IMG/VR virus record: IMGVR_UViG_3300025141_000025
Span: 96,001-160,000 of that record
Source: a virus
Strand: one strand, 5' to 3'
DNA length: 64,000 nucleotides
The notes below the pieces were generated by a model that made no database searches, was not told the DNA's origin, and saw only the letters and a program-made list of their open reading frames with translations. Shown here piece after piece: positions 8,664-18,152 of the stretch; the first letter of the stretch is position 1; every line of letters begins with the position of its first letter. The position numbers and the translations under genes were made by a program.

Positions 8664-10769
8664 TTATTCGCTAGGAGGCATACAAATTTCATCTAATATT
8701 TCCATGAGATAATTGTACATTTCGACCGTGTTGTTACTTAGCGGATAGTATTTTCCACCACATGAATTGGCAATTTCATCCCATTCCCACTGTTCATTAA
8801 CTGAAAATGTGTATGTTTTTAATTGTGGTGTTGCCTGACAGGTGCCAATCACATCCGCCGGACTGAGTTGCGGACTCAAATAACTTTGAGGTGCCTCGTC
8901 ACTAAAAACGATAATAACACGATCTGCCCCGGGTCTCCAGCTTAGTTTAAATTGATCTTTGGTAGGAACTGATTCTCCGACCCAGTTATTCCATGGGGTT
9001 ATTGCGAGATCTATGGGGGTATTTCCGGAAATATTTTGAAGTGAAAGGTAAATAGCGTCTAGCAGCATTTCGCTACCTGTGTTCATCCCAGTATTTCCTA
9101 AACCTGCAAAATCCCCCAGAAAATCAGGAAACGAAGAAATATCAGAAATCATGTATAATCTTTCTTCAAAATCGCCAGGTGCCTCTCTAGGACCAACAAT
9201 AAGTCCCCAGTGAAGTTTGTCTTGTAAGGAATAATGTCCAGCAAACTGATTTAAGGCAGTTAACACGGCACTAATTTCATCGCCCATAGACCCTGACCAA
9301 TCAATGATAAAAAGAATGTCAGTCTCAGGAACCTCTTTACCCCAGTCAACCATGCCGTCACAGTCATCATCCAGACCATTACATTCTTCATCCTGTGGAA
9401 CGACCTCATCCATACACATACCAGCCAAGAAATTGTCTTGGTCATCATACCCACCCCAAACACCGGTGAGGCATGTCATCATTCCAGGTTCGCATATTCC
9501 TACATTTAATGTTCCCTCTGGGCCCGTGTAACAACCAACAAATAAATCCTCATCAATTAACTGATTACAATTATCATCAAAATTATTACATTCTTCTTCT
9601 TGCAGGGGCATACCAACAAGAGAGTCGCAAAGTGGATCAGACCCGGGTGGGTCAGCTAGCCAATGGCATGCAGCAAAGCATTCCGTCGTTGTTATCTCTA
9701 GGCATGCAGGATCTACACATTCACATGTTTTGAAGCCTTGACCACAAAGTAATGGTGGTTCAGCACATGGAAAAAGAGATCCCACATCCTGTATTGTACA
9801 AAGACATTCAATTCCATCATCGATCTGCCCGTTACAGTCGTTATCTAGACCATCACAAATCTCTGGTGATGGTTGTTGTGCTGTACAACTAGCCCATACA
9901 CCGTTGGTACAAACTTCAACCCCACTACCACATGATGTTGTGCATACCTTGACCAAATCCTCGTCGGTATCTCCATCACAATCGTTATCTAGGCCATCAC
10001 ATACCTCAGCTGGGACAGGCCCACACTCGTTACAAACGTTTGTCTGAAATTCATCAATTTCACCATCACAATCGTTATCTAGATAATCGCAGATTTCCTC
10101 TTGAGGTTCCGGGCCGAAGCACACCTCCTCGCCGTCAACACACACGGCATTACCGGCGCCACAGATTGTTTCGCATGCCATGACACCCAAATCTTCGTCC
10201 ACCAAGCCATCACAGTCGTTGTCCAGACCATCACATTGTTCAGGATTACAGGGTTGACATTCTGAATGATATAATTGCCCTTTGTCACATGTAACCTGTT
10301 GTTTTCCAACAGTCCCGTCGTCCATCTCACACCATTGCCAACCATAATCCAGGCTCTGAGCCATGGGTGAGCATTCGTATGCCTCGGTACATTCACCCAT
10401 GAATATAATTTCTGGTGGCGGGCAGTCAGGATCATGACCATACATGCATGGTTCATTATCATCATTGCAAATATCAACAGTAACTTCTTTTTTGTGATAT
10501 GTAGGCTGTCCAAATTCAGGAGGACAGAACCATTGCTGTGATTGACAACATTCAGGATAACAGCTACACCAACCAGAATCCGAAACACTAATTTGAAGGC
10601 AAGGATCTGGTGGGGCTACATCAACATCATTGTGTAGTGTGTCTAGTTCTTCTCGAGGCATTGGATAAATTGGTGTATCCGAATTTTCTACACCATCATT
10701 TTTATCCGAACATCCAAGTGGGTATGTAAAAAAAACTAGAAATAGTAAAGGTATTATCTTCGCCTTCAT
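8664..10769 (-). CDS. lipoprotein with myxobacterial-type Cys-rich repeats (CDGLDNDCDG) and a C-terminal vWA domain
   Basis: Signal peptide ending LGC; about 6 ExCD/NxxDxDCD/NGxxDE repeats; MIDAS-like DWSGSM and VIIVFSDE. Confidence 0.85.
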   Translation of the reverse strand: MKAKIIPLLFLVFFTYPLGCSDKNDGVENSDTPIYPMPREELDTLHNDVDVAPPDPCLQISVSDSGWCSCYPECCQSQQWFCPPEFGQPTYHKKEVTVDICNDDNEPCMYGHDPDCPPPEIIFMGECTEAYECSPMAQSLDYGWQWCEMDDGTVGKQQVTCDKGQLYHSECQPCNPEQCDGLDNDCDGLVDEDLGVMACETICGAGNAVCVDGEEVCFGPEPQEEICDYLDNDCDGEIDEFQTNVCNECGPVPAEVCDGLDNDCDGDTDEDLVKVCTTSCGSGVEVCTNGVWASCTAQQPSPEICDGLDNDCNGQIDDGIECLCTIQDVGSLFPCAEPPLLCGQGFKTCECVDPACLEITTTECFAACHWLADPPGSDPLCDSLVGMPLQEEECNNFDDNCNQLIDEDLFVGCYTGPEGTLNVGICEPGMMTCLTGVWGGYDDQDNFLAGMCMDEVVPQDEECNGLDDDCDGMVDWGKEVPETDILFIIDWSGSMGDEISAVLTALNQFAGHYSLQDKLHWGLIVGPREAPGDFEERLYMISDISSFPDFLGDFAGLGNTGMNTGSEMLLDAIYLSLQNISGNTPIDLAITPWNNWVGESVPTKDQFKLSWRPGADRVIIVFSDEAPQSYLSPQLSPADVIGTCQATPQLKTYTFSVNEQWEWDEIANSCGGKYYPLSNNTVEMYNYLMEILDEICMPPSE

Positions 10770-10822
10770 TATTCATAAGTATACATTTTTTTTGCGATTT
10801 TCATCCAATCAAAAAAAATATC

Positions 10823-11476
10823 TTACAGGTTAGCCTCAAGTAGCCGTAATAAGACAGCCTCAGTGATGTCTGCAATTTTGCTTTGTTGTAAAGCTATGTC
10901 ATCTTTTGAGGGACTTCCCGTACCCCAGTCAGGCAACGAGTTATCAGTCATACATGCACTAATATTAATTTTTTTTGAACCCTGCACACCGCCTCCGGTG
11001 TATAAAATTCCTACATGTCCCTTGTCAGGATACACAAATAAATCTGTTCCAGCGGCATTGGCTATTTGACATGCCTGTTTTAAAGGAATGGCATCGTCCA
11101 TACCACCGGCAATAGTAACAGATCCTCCGGGTAAAGTTGGAATGGGAGCGCTGGTCCATCCTCGCAAAGCAGCTGGAGCCATATAGGTAATCGGTGGAAT
11201 GGCCGCGGGCATGTATTCGCTTTGCATTGCCCTGTTCAGCGCCGCGGCGCCACGGGAATAAGCAAAAATTCGTTCAGGTCGTTCAGCTGCAATTTTTTTA
11301 GCAATGGCATCAGCTTCTTCATCAGTGACTGGTCCACTTTTTCCTATTTCTATTCCGCCGTATCCAAGCCTGGCTTCAAGATCGTCCTCTGACATACCGG
11401 CGCCATGAAGTCCTAAGGGAACTTCTAACAAACATTGTCTAATAAGATTGGTAAGATCGCTGCGTGTGATAATCAT
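10823..11476 (-). CDS. alpha/beta-hydrolase-like protein with divergent KITK leader
   Basis: AYSRGA elbow, GGMDD, GH; N-terminal MIITRSDLTNLIRQCLLE. Confidence 0.55.
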   Translation of the reverse strand: MIITRSDLTNLIRQCLLEVPLGLHGAGMSEDDLEARLGYGGIEIGKSGPVTDEEADAIAKKIAAERPERIFAYSRGAAALNRAMQSEYMPAAIPPITYMAPAALRGWTSAPIPTLPGGSVTIAGGMDDAIPLKQACQIANAAGTDLFVYPDKGHVGILYTGGGVQGSKKINISACMTDNSLPDWGTGSPSKDDIALQQSKIADITEAVLLRLLEANL

Positions 11477-11724
11477 CTTACAAAATCTTTTTTAAGCGCC
11501 TCTATAGCTTCGCTCAACGCATCTTCAAATTTTGTAAATGCCTCTTTGCTAATCGACACTGAGCCAGGTTCTATCATTGCAACATCATCATACAAAACAT
11601 CATAAAGGTAATTTTTATCAAAAACTCCAAGTGGTGCAGCGTTACCACTTTCATCGTTCTTACTGGAAAACATTGATGATCGTTCTAAAATAATTTCTCT
11701 AATCATGTTTCTGGAAATTTTCAT
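11473..11724 (-). CDS. KITK-leader protein
   Basis: MKISRNMIREIILE; shares GVFDKxYLxD with 20910..21230. Confidence 0.75.
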   Translation of the reverse strand: MKISRNMIREIILERSSMFSSKNDESGNAAPLGVFDKNYLYDVLYDDVAMIEPGSVSISKEAFTKFEDALSEAIEALKKDFVR

Positions 11725-11741
11725 ATTTTTATTTTATCCAA

Positions 11742-12011
11742 TTATTTGAAAATTTTTTCCTTGGCTGTGTTAAACAATTGCGGCAAAAAAGACTTTTTTA
11801 ATCGCAGCAGTCTTTCAAACCTCACACGTTTTCTTGCATCTGTGTAAAGTGTTGTAGGTCGTCTAATCTCGCCATCAATGATTTGTTCACTAAAGTCGTA
11901 AAATTTAGATTTACCACTTGATTTAGGGGGTGCAGCATACGCAACGTTGAAAAAAATAAAAAAGAACAGCAAAAGAATTATAAATGAAATTCTTTTGTTG
12001 CTGATTTTCAT
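11742..12011 (-). CDS. CglF/GltF-like adventurous gliding motility protein homolog
   Basis: Signal peptide followed by YDFSEQIIDGEIRRP...ARKRVRFERLLRLKKSF, matching my recollection of the myxobacterial CglF pattern DFEDDxIEGxLxKP...ARKKVxxxxLIRxRxxF. Confidence 0.7.
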   Translation of the reverse strand: MKISNKRISFIILLLFFFIFFNVAYAAPPKSSGKSKFYDFSEQIIDGEIRRPTTLYTDARKRVRFERLLRLKKSFLPQLFNTAKEKIFK

Positions 12012-12277
12012 GATTTATTTTTCACTTTTTTGACGATATTCTTAATTCTACGTCGTAGAAGTCTTTCACCCAAAACTGGACCTCCTACATCTAATGTCTC
12101 TGGTCTTTTTGTGGTCTCTTCACCACCGGCAGCTTTTGAATGATCAATATCCAATTCCAAATTACCTGCCTCGGGACACCCTGCCCATACATTTTCAATA
12201 GGTTCAACTTCTTCCGGGTGATCAGAATCAAGCATTTCTTTAATTAGTTTTCTGAGTTGTCGTTTTGTAATTTTCAC
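12008..12277 (-). CDS. KITK-leader protein
   Basis: MKITKRQLRKLIKE. Confidence 0.8.
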   Translation of the reverse strand: MKITKRQLRKLIKEMLDSDHPEEVEPIENVWAGCPEAGNLELDIDHSKAAGGEETTKRPETLDVGGPVLGERLLRRRIKNIVKKVKNKS

Positions 12278-12759
12278 TAGTCAATACTCCTATCGATTGC
12301 TTTATATACAGGATACATCTCATCCCATGTCGCCCAGTCAATATCTCCGGATTCTACGGCAGCTTCTAATACATCTGGAATATTAGAGGTGAAGCCGCCC
12401 TTAGGATGAGCGCCCGGTCCTTTGGGTTTGGAAAAAGGATCAACATACATGTTGCCGTCTCTTCCCTCGAAACCTTTATAAAAACCAATGTCGATAAGAT
12501 ACTGGTGCACCTTCTGTGTCAGTTCCTGCTTAGATCCTTTCCATTTTTTTCCTGGTCGGCTTGAAGATTGCTGCGATGGTTGCGGCGCTCTGGATGGTGT
12601 GGTTTGACCCGTGGAGCCGGCTTCAAAATCCCTAACAAGCTGCTCATACTCGGCTCGAGTAATCGTGCCGGCCCTATAGTCTTTGTAATAATCTGCAGGC
12701 TCTTCGAGTAAAAGTGATTCTCGAATAATTCTTCTAAGTTGTCTCTTTGTGATTTTCAT
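12277..12759 (-). CDS. KITK-leader protein
   Basis: MKITKRQLRRIIRESLLLE. Confidence 0.8.
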   Translation of the reverse strand: MKITKRQLRRIIRESLLLEEPADYYKDYRAGTITRAEYEQLVRDFEAGSTGQTTPSRAPQPSQQSSSRPGKKWKGSKQELTQKVHQYLIDIGFYKGFEGRDGNMYVDPFSKPKGPGAHPKGGFTSNIPDVLEAAVESGDIDWATWDEMYPVYKAIDRSID

Positions 12760-13098
12760 TTATAACTCTTCTCGATATCTTGGATCAATTGCTATTAACC
12801 TTTTATAGTCGTGATCTGTTTCATATCCGTTTGCTTGTAATATTGCTTCAATATCCTGTGCTCGCACACCCATTTTCCTTTCTAGTCCCATTAGTTCGCC
12901 ATTGGTGGCGATGTGATACTGCCCCGGAAAATCAGTCGATAAATAAAACTTAAAACCTTTAAGGTCTAGTTCAGTACCAAGCAATTGCTCTATTTTATCT
13001 AGGTTTGGATCACTATCCCACTTATCATAGTCACTGTATTTTACCTTTTCGATCTCTTCTTTGATGATTCTCTTTAGTTGTCGTTTTGTAATTTTCAT
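12760..13098 (-). CDS. KITK-leader protein
   Basis: MKITKRQLKRIIKEE. Confidence 0.8.
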   Translation of the reverse strand: MKITKRQLKRIIKEEIEKVKYSDYDKWDSDPNLDKIEQLLGTELDLKGFKFYLSTDFPGQYHIATNGELMGLERKMGVRAQDIEAILQANGYETDHDYKRLIAIDPRYREEL

Positions 13099-13100
13099 AA

Positions 13101-13316
13101 TCAAAATCCTAAGACTGCACCTTCATCGTGATGTCGATCTTCTAGTTCATCGGCTAATTCCCGGAGCGCTTCTGCACGCTCAAGATCAGAGCGAAGCGTA
13201 GTGCCCACTAACTGATCAATCAATCTCCATTGTTCTTCACGATTGTCGCCGAACATGTTATCCTTATCCCGGGCTTCCTTAATGATTCTTCTGAGCTGTC
13301 GTTTTGTAATTTTCAT
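13101..13316 (-). CDS. KITK-leader protein
   Basis: MKITKRQLRRIIKE. Confidence 0.8.
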   Translation of the reverse strand: MKITKRQLRRIIKEARDKDNMFGDNREEQWRLIDQLVGTTLRSDLERAEALRELADELEDRHHDEGAVLGF

Positions 13317-13564
13317 TAGCTTATTATTCCTTTTATTTTTTCGAGGTAATCATCTGCAATTTCTGGCTTCACTCCCATGCTCTTGTTCATGAAAGCTGTC
13401 TTTATTATATCCTGTATTTGTAGCAATTGCTGGTGAGATGTAGGTGCCATCGAATCTTTCCATTCTTCATATGCACCGGGATTGTTCGGATCCATACGTT
13501 CGGAAATTATTTTAGCGCTCTCTTCTTTGATGATTCGTCTTAGTTGTCGTTTTGTAATTTTCAT
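13316..13564 (-). CDS. KITK-leader protein
   Basis: MKITKRQLRRIIKEE; start at the TAATG overlap. Confidence 0.8.
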   Translation of the reverse strand: MKITKRQLRRIIKEESAKIISERMDPNNPGAYEEWKDSMAPTSHQQLLQIQDIIKTAFMNKSMGVKPEIADDYLEKIKGIIS

Positions 13565-13989
13565 TATGGACATACCCATTTTCCCATTCTTTGTTGCCAA
13601 TACGGCTCAGTAGCCTCTCCGGTCCTTCGATCTTTGCAACCCATTTGTTCTCCAGTGGGTTTTTTATCCCGCCTGCTGGTATCTACACGGCCTGACCGGT
13701 CTATGCCGGGAGCCCAGTATTCTTCTAAATCATCTTCTTTAAGGAGGTCGGTTCCATGTGAAAGATCATCGATTAGGTTTTCATAGTCCTCAACAGGTAC
13801 CTCATGGCCTAGGTCATCCATAAAATCGTCATATAAAAGTGATTTAATTGCGCCTGCTCCACCAGTGGCTAAAGCAGGATCAGCATGATAAGATTTTGCC
13901 CTATCGGTTAAATAAGTTATGATCTCATCGTTGGACGCAACCATGGCTTCTCTGATTATTCTTCTTAGTTGTCGTTTTGTGATTTTCAT
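13564..13989 (-). CDS. KITK-leader protein
   Basis: MKITKRQLRRIIRE. Confidence 0.8.
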   Translation of the reverse strand: MKITKRQLRRIIREAMVASNDEIITYLTDRAKSYHADPALATGGAGAIKSLLYDDFMDDLGHEVPVEDYENLIDDLSHGTDLLKEDDLEEYWAPGIDRSGRVDTSRRDKKPTGEQMGCKDRRTGEATEPYWQQRMGKWVCP

Positions 13990-14276
13990 CGCTTCCAGTC
14001 ATCCCCCATGAGCTCATCGATCTCGCGCCAGCTTGCCTTCGTGATAAGGTACTTGTATCGAGGGTAAAACTTGCCATCGATATAGTCACGAATCGCATTC
14101 TCACCCTGTAGGACGACCTCGGTGGGGACAACGTAGCTAATCCCTTCACCCTCAGTGTGCTCATGGCCATACCACTCAACCTCAACTGAGGTCACTGGTG
14201 TACCCACAGGTAAACCAGTCATGCGGTCTATTTCTTCTCGGATGATTCTTCTTAGTTGCCGTTTGGTGATCTTCAT
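13986..14276 (-). CDS. KITK-leader protein
   Basis: MKITKRQLRRIIREE. Confidence 0.8.
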   Translation of the reverse strand: MKITKRQLRRIIREEIDRMTGLPVGTPVTSVEVEWYGHEHTEGEGISYVVPTEVVLQGENAIRDYIDGKFYPRYKYLITKASWREIDELMGDDWKR

Positions 14277-14536
14277 GTCTGGTTCCCTATATCAATTGCT
14301 CTTTGTAGCGCGATCTCATATGCGTCGCCACGTTGTCCGCCGAGCCCGGTAATCTTCTCAAGCGCTGTATCAGCTATTTCGGCCGGGGTTGCATTTCTGT
14401 AACCGGGTTCATGTGCTATATGGTCGACCCACATGTGAACCTCTCCGGTCAAACCGGCACCAGGTACTATTCCGCCATCCTTCCCGACAAACGCTTCTTT
14501 GATAATTCTTCGGAGTTGTCGTTTTGTGATTTTCAT
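14273..14536 (-). CDS. KITK-leader protein
   Basis: MKITKRQLRRIIKE. Confidence 0.8.
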   Translation of the reverse strand: MKITKRQLRRIIKEAFVGKDGGIVPGAGLTGEVHMWVDHIAHEPGYRNATPAEIADTALEKITGLGGQRGDAYEIALQRAIDIGNQT

Positions 14537-14958
14537 GAATAATACTCCTCAAAAGCACTTGTTCCATCATCTTCACCAGCGTACATTTCATCGGGATCTT
14601 TTTCCTCAACTTCCTCAACCTGCATTCCATTTTGTTTTGCATAAAGCTGAATGAGTTTATCGACATCTACACCATAGTAATCAGGGAATACGTCTGAATC
14701 CCATCTCTCCAAACCCCCTTGTACACCTTCTGCATCAGCTTTAAGCATTGCAGCGAGACCTTGCTCTGAAGTAAACCCTTGTACCCCTTCATCCAGAAGT
14801 GATCTTACCATCTCACCGAGACTGATCCATTCGCCGCCTTCATCTTCAACACTAAACCCGCCGTATGGAAGGCGCTTGACATAAAGCGTACCTTCGGACA
14901 TTACGTTCGAAATTTCTTCTTTGATAATTCGTCTGAGTTGTCTCTTTGTGATTTTCAT
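14533..14958 (-). CDS. KITK-leader protein
   Basis: MKITKRQLRRIIKEE. Confidence 0.8.
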   Translation of the reverse strand: MKITKRQLRRIIKEEISNVMSEGTLYVKRLPYGGFSVEDEGGEWISLGEMVRSLLDEGVQGFTSEQGLAAMLKADAEGVQGGLERWDSDVFPDYYGVDVDKLIQLYAKQNGMQVEEVEEKDPDEMYAGEDDGTSAFEEYYS

Positions 14959-14966
14959 TTTTTATC

Positions 14967-15599
14967 TCAATCGTACATTGGGGGTATGTGCTTGACTGGC
15001 TTGCGCTTCTTCCTAAGAGTCGCGCCACCCTTCTCTAACACCTTTATAATCTTGTCTACTGTCGTCCCTGACTGTTTCGCCCATTGTTCATCAACGACAA
15101 AACTTGAACGCCCAAGCGGCATCGTACCCCATGGGGTCTCGTCGTCTTCGACCATAAACGCCACAACTTTACCACCCCTGCGAATGGGTTGGTAAGTCAA
15201 GTATTTTACCTCGCGAGGCTCGACAGCACCGTAGCTATCACCTCCGATGGCCTTGAGTTCTTTTTTGTCAGGAGAAGCACCAACTCGTTTTTGATGATCT
15301 TTATCCAGTGCCATCGAGATTGCCAACCGGATGTTTTCGAGATCAGGATATGGTGTAACCCCTAAGTCTGCCAACGTACCTCGGTCGTCGTCGTAGAAAG
15401 CGTCGGCCTGATCTAGACCGTATTCATCGATAAAGAGTTGTGCCACTTTTTGATGATCAGCATGGCTCATTTTTGAAGGGTCTTCAGGGAGGGCATCAAC
15501 AAGTTTTTTCTCCCATGCATCCAACTCGGCCTGGCGTTCTTTCCAGGATTTCATCTGTTCTTTGATGATTTTTCTAAGTTGTCGTTTTGTAACTCTCAT
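14967..15599 (-). CDS. KITK-leader protein
   Basis: MRVTKRQLRKIIKE. Confidence 0.8.
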   Translation of the reverse strand: MRVTKRQLRKIIKEQMKSWKERQAELDAWEKKLVDALPEDPSKMSHADHQKVAQLFIDEYGLDQADAFYDDDRGTLADLGVTPYPDLENIRLAISMALDKDHQKRVGASPDKKELKAIGGDSYGAVEPREVKYLTYQPIRRGGKVVAFMVEDDETPWGTMPLGRSSFVVDEQWAKQSGTTVDKIIKVLEKGGATLRKKRKPVKHIPPMYD

Positions 15600-15600
15600 A

Positions 15601-15981
15601 TTACATTCTCCACTTGCAGTTTCTAGCTAACCTGTCACATTTAATAAGTGCTTCTTTAATTAGTCTTTCTAACCCAAACAAATTCGCTGTTTTCCAATCA
15701 TCAAAATCTTCTAATTGTGAAGCAGATAGTTTTTTATCTGCACACCTCAATAAATGAGCCGCTTCGTAATACTTTGACTCGGCCAGCGCAAACATTTTGT
15801 GTTTGTGATGTTGTTCGGCTTCACTCATGATTGCTGATGCTTTATTATACAATAAAGCGGCGCAGTCTGCTGTAGGACCACATGTCACGATCGTCGTGCA
15901 CATTTTAGTTTTATAATCAATGGTACTTGTGGCACAAGAAGTACAAAGTAAAAATAGCATTACCGTGGCAAGAAATCTCAT
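15601..15981 (-). CDS. putative lipoprotein, helical
   Basis: MRFLATVMLFLLCTSC signal/lipobox. Confidence 0.6.
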   Translation of the reverse strand: MRFLATVMLFLLCTSCATSTIDYKTKMCTTIVTCGPTADCAALLYNKASAIMSEAEQHHKHKMFALAESKYYEAAHLLRCADKKLSASQLEDFDDWKTANLFGLERLIKEALIKCDRLARNCKWRM

Positions 15982-15983
15982 TT

Positions 15984-16283
15984 TTAACTGCCAAGCATCT
16001 CGTCTAAACCAAGCATAGATTTGCACATAAAATAAGAATAATGTAATCTTTCGAAAGTTTGCCAAACATATTCAACACTCACAGGTCTCACGGACATCTT
16101 TAACCAGTAATCCGGATTAATGTCGACTGCGACGTCCTCAGCCTCTCTGATGTTTTCTGCCCTGATAAATTGTACATGGCTTTTAAATTCCCTGTGGGGA
16201 GTTTTTTCATATAATTCAAAAATACTGCCTTCCATTTCTTCATTATTTTTGAACAGATCCATCTGTATTGCTAGATTATTCAT
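15984..16283 (-). CDS. hypothetical protein
   Basis: 99-aa ORF with SD GAGGAG. Confidence 0.65.
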   Translation of the reverse strand: MNNLAIQMDLFKNNEEMEGSIFELYEKTPHREFKSHVQFIRAENIREAEDVAVDINPDYWLKMSVRPVSVEYVWQTFERLHYSYFMCKSMLGLDEMLGS

Positions 16284-16292
16284 TTTCGTATG

Positions 16293-16445
16293 TCACTCCT
16301 CTTTATTCCACGGTGCGTCTGGGTCTTCCATTATCGATACCATACTTTTTTCGAATCCGCGGGTCGCTATCCAAGCACCCAAGACCATTCCCACAGCCGT
16401 ACAGCCAAGAAATGTAAGTGCCACCAGTATGGAATCCCAGCTCAT
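16293..16445 (-). CDS. small membrane protein (50 aa, not in ORF track)
   Basis: MSWDSILVALTFLGCTAVGMVLGAWIATRG...; fills the gap in the operon. Confidence 0.55.
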   Translation of the reverse strand: MSWDSILVALTFLGCTAVGMVLGAWIATRGFEKSMVSIMEDPDAPWNKEE

Positions 16446-16447
16446 CT

Positions 16448-16630
16448 CTACTTAATTCTCACATGCGATTTCAAAATTTCGTCTAAGCTTTTTACAATTG
16501 ATGACAATGTGTAGGCAGTGTCTTGTGCTCGCATCATTGCCAATGGATTTTCTTTTCCCTCAATAGTTTGAAAAGATTTTATGGTAAATTCACGAAGCTG
16601 TATTAACATTTGAATTTCTTTTTGTGTCAT
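16448..16630 (-). CDS. hypothetical protein
   Basis: 60-aa ORF, TAATG-coupled. Confidence 0.6.
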   Translation of the reverse strand: MTQKEIQMLIQLREFTIKSFQTIEGKENPLAMMRAQDTAYTLSSIVKSLDEILKSHVRIK

Positions 16631-17313
16631 TATTCATTAGCCCAATCAGACGCGCCTAACAGGTATTGTCCTAAATCACTCGCATCTAATTTATCCAAAC
16701 TCAATCTAAATGAATTACCGAATTCTATGGTGATCATATCTCCCACAACAGAAACCCTTGTTGCATAAGGCGTGTTATTGTCTAGGTCCCTAAGCGTAAC
16801 TCTTCGTTCCCACTGAGCCCCGGGCTTTGTAATTGGACTTTCATCAATTCGAGCTTTCTCTTCCTTGATGATTCTTCTAAGCTGTCGCTTTGAAATTTTC
16901 GTTCTGCCTTCTTTAAAGCTGCGCTGGTGAATCTCTTCATCGCTTAAGACACCACCAGCATCGTACTCTTTTCGTGCAATCTTGAGTTCTCTACTGAGGT
17001 CATCATGATCTATACCAAATTCATCAGCCAGAGTCCGGTGATTCCACCCCTGCGTCGCCGGATCATCTCGATCGCGGGAAACAAAATATGTTGCCATGAC
17101 GGAAGATGATGCAGGTGTTATGTGACCGTATTCTTTTGCCCATTTCTTATAGTGATTAATTAATTTTTCCGCCGTCTGATCTCCACCCATGGGAGCATCG
17201 CCGGTCGGATTATCGCGATACCGTTCGTAGTCTCCAGGAACAGTTGGGTCATAAGGTCGGCCACCATACTCTTTTATGATTCTTCTTAGTTGTTGCTTTG
17301 TGATTTTCATCAT
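16630..17313 (-). CDS. KITK-leader protein with a second internal tag
   Basis: MKITKQQLRRIIKE plus internal FKEGRTKISKRQLRRIIKEE. Confidence 0.8.
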   Translation of the reverse strand: MMKITKQQLRRIIKEYGGRPYDPTVPGDYERYRDNPTGDAPMGGDQTAEKLINHYKKWAKEYGHITPASSSVMATYFVSRDRDDPATQGWNHRTLADEFGIDHDDLSRELKIARKEYDAGGVLSDEEIHQRSFKEGRTKISKRQLRRIIKEEKARIDESPITKPGAQWERRVTLRDLDNNTPYATRVSVVGDMITIEFGNSFRLSLDKLDASDLGQYLLGASDWANE

Positions 17314-17573
17314 CTAGCTCCATGTACCTTTTCAGCCATAAGCCTAAGTGCCTCTTTTCTAATTCCGGGTGAGCGAAACCCACCGCCAATACGTTCGGCT
17401 GAGATTCGGATAAACTCTATTAGCTCATCAGTCTGCATCTCAACCTCAGCTAGAAAATCAGCACGCATTTCATCTTCATCATCAGAAATAGTCCCGTCGG
17501 GATTCATTTCCCTAACAAGGCGAGATTTCTCTTCTTTGATGATTCTTCTCAGCTGTCTTTTTGTTATTTTCAT
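17310..17573 (-). CDS. KITK-leader protein
   Basis: MKITKRQLRRIIKEEKSRLVRE. Confidence 0.8.
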   Translation of the reverse strand: MKITKRQLRRIIKEEKSRLVREMNPDGTISDDEDEMRADFLAEVEMQTDELIEFIRISAERIGGGFRSPGIRKEALRLMAEKVHGAR

Positions 17574-17809
17574 CTTGTCGGTCCTCTTAAATTGTCCTTT
17601 AGTTCTCTAATGATCTTTTCTAACCCACCAACGATACCCATTGCCGTCTCGGGATCCTCTAAATTCCATCCCATACCTGCAGCAAGATCATCAATTGTTG
17701 TCCATACACCTTCGAATGTGTCGATATTGACCTGACCACGATTCTCATTGAGAAGTTTAGTTTTCTCTTCTTTGATGATTCTTCGAAGTTGGCGATCTGT
17801 GATTTTCAA
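17570..17809 (-). CDS. KITK-leader protein
   Basis: MKITDRQLRRIIKEEKTKLLNE (TTG start). Confidence 0.8.
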   Translation of the reverse strand: MKITDRQLRRIIKEEKTKLLNENRGQVNIDTFEGVWTTIDDLAAGMGWNLEDPETAMGIVGGLEKIIRELKDNLRGPTR

Positions 17810-18045
17810 CTTTGGTTCCCTTTTCTTAGTTCACTTGCTACAGTTTCCAATGCATCAGCAAATGTACCTTGAACCGCAGGGTCTGACATATCTACAGTGC
17901 CGGCCATTGCTTCGTCATCGAGCCAACGCCATATACCATCAACTGCATTTTGCCAGAGTCCGCCCTGAACATCTGGTTCGACACGCATGGATTGCGCTGT
18001 TTCTTCCTTGATGATTCTTCTAAGTTGTCGTTTTGTAATTTTCAT
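17806..18045 (-). CDS. KITK-leader protein
   Basis: MKITKRQLRRIIKEE; body resembles 17570..17809. Confidence 0.8.
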   Translation of the reverse strand: MKITKRQLRRIIKEETAQSMRVEPDVQGGLWQNAVDGIWRWLDDEAMAGTVDMSDPAVQGTFADALETVASELRKGNQS

Positions 18046-18152
18046 TTTACGTTACACTTTCCTAAACAGTTACTGCAGCCACAACAGCCACAGCAACAAC
18101 AGCAGTGTGCGGAATTAAATAGGTTCCAAAGGCGGTGAAAAAAAGCTTTCAT
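18042..18152 (-). CDS. Cys-rich micropeptide (36 aa, 10 Cys; not in ORF track)
   Basis: MKAFFHRLWNLFNSAHCCCCCGCCGCSNCLGKCNVK; TAATG overlap upstream and ATGA overlap downstream. Confidence 0.7.
   Translation of the reverse strand: MKAFFHRLWNLFNSAHCCCCCGCCGCSNCLGKCNVK

Noticed and set aside
17950-18138. Plus-strand Gln-rich ORF
   Set aside because: Antisense shadow of the coupled Cys-rich peptide gene on the minus strand
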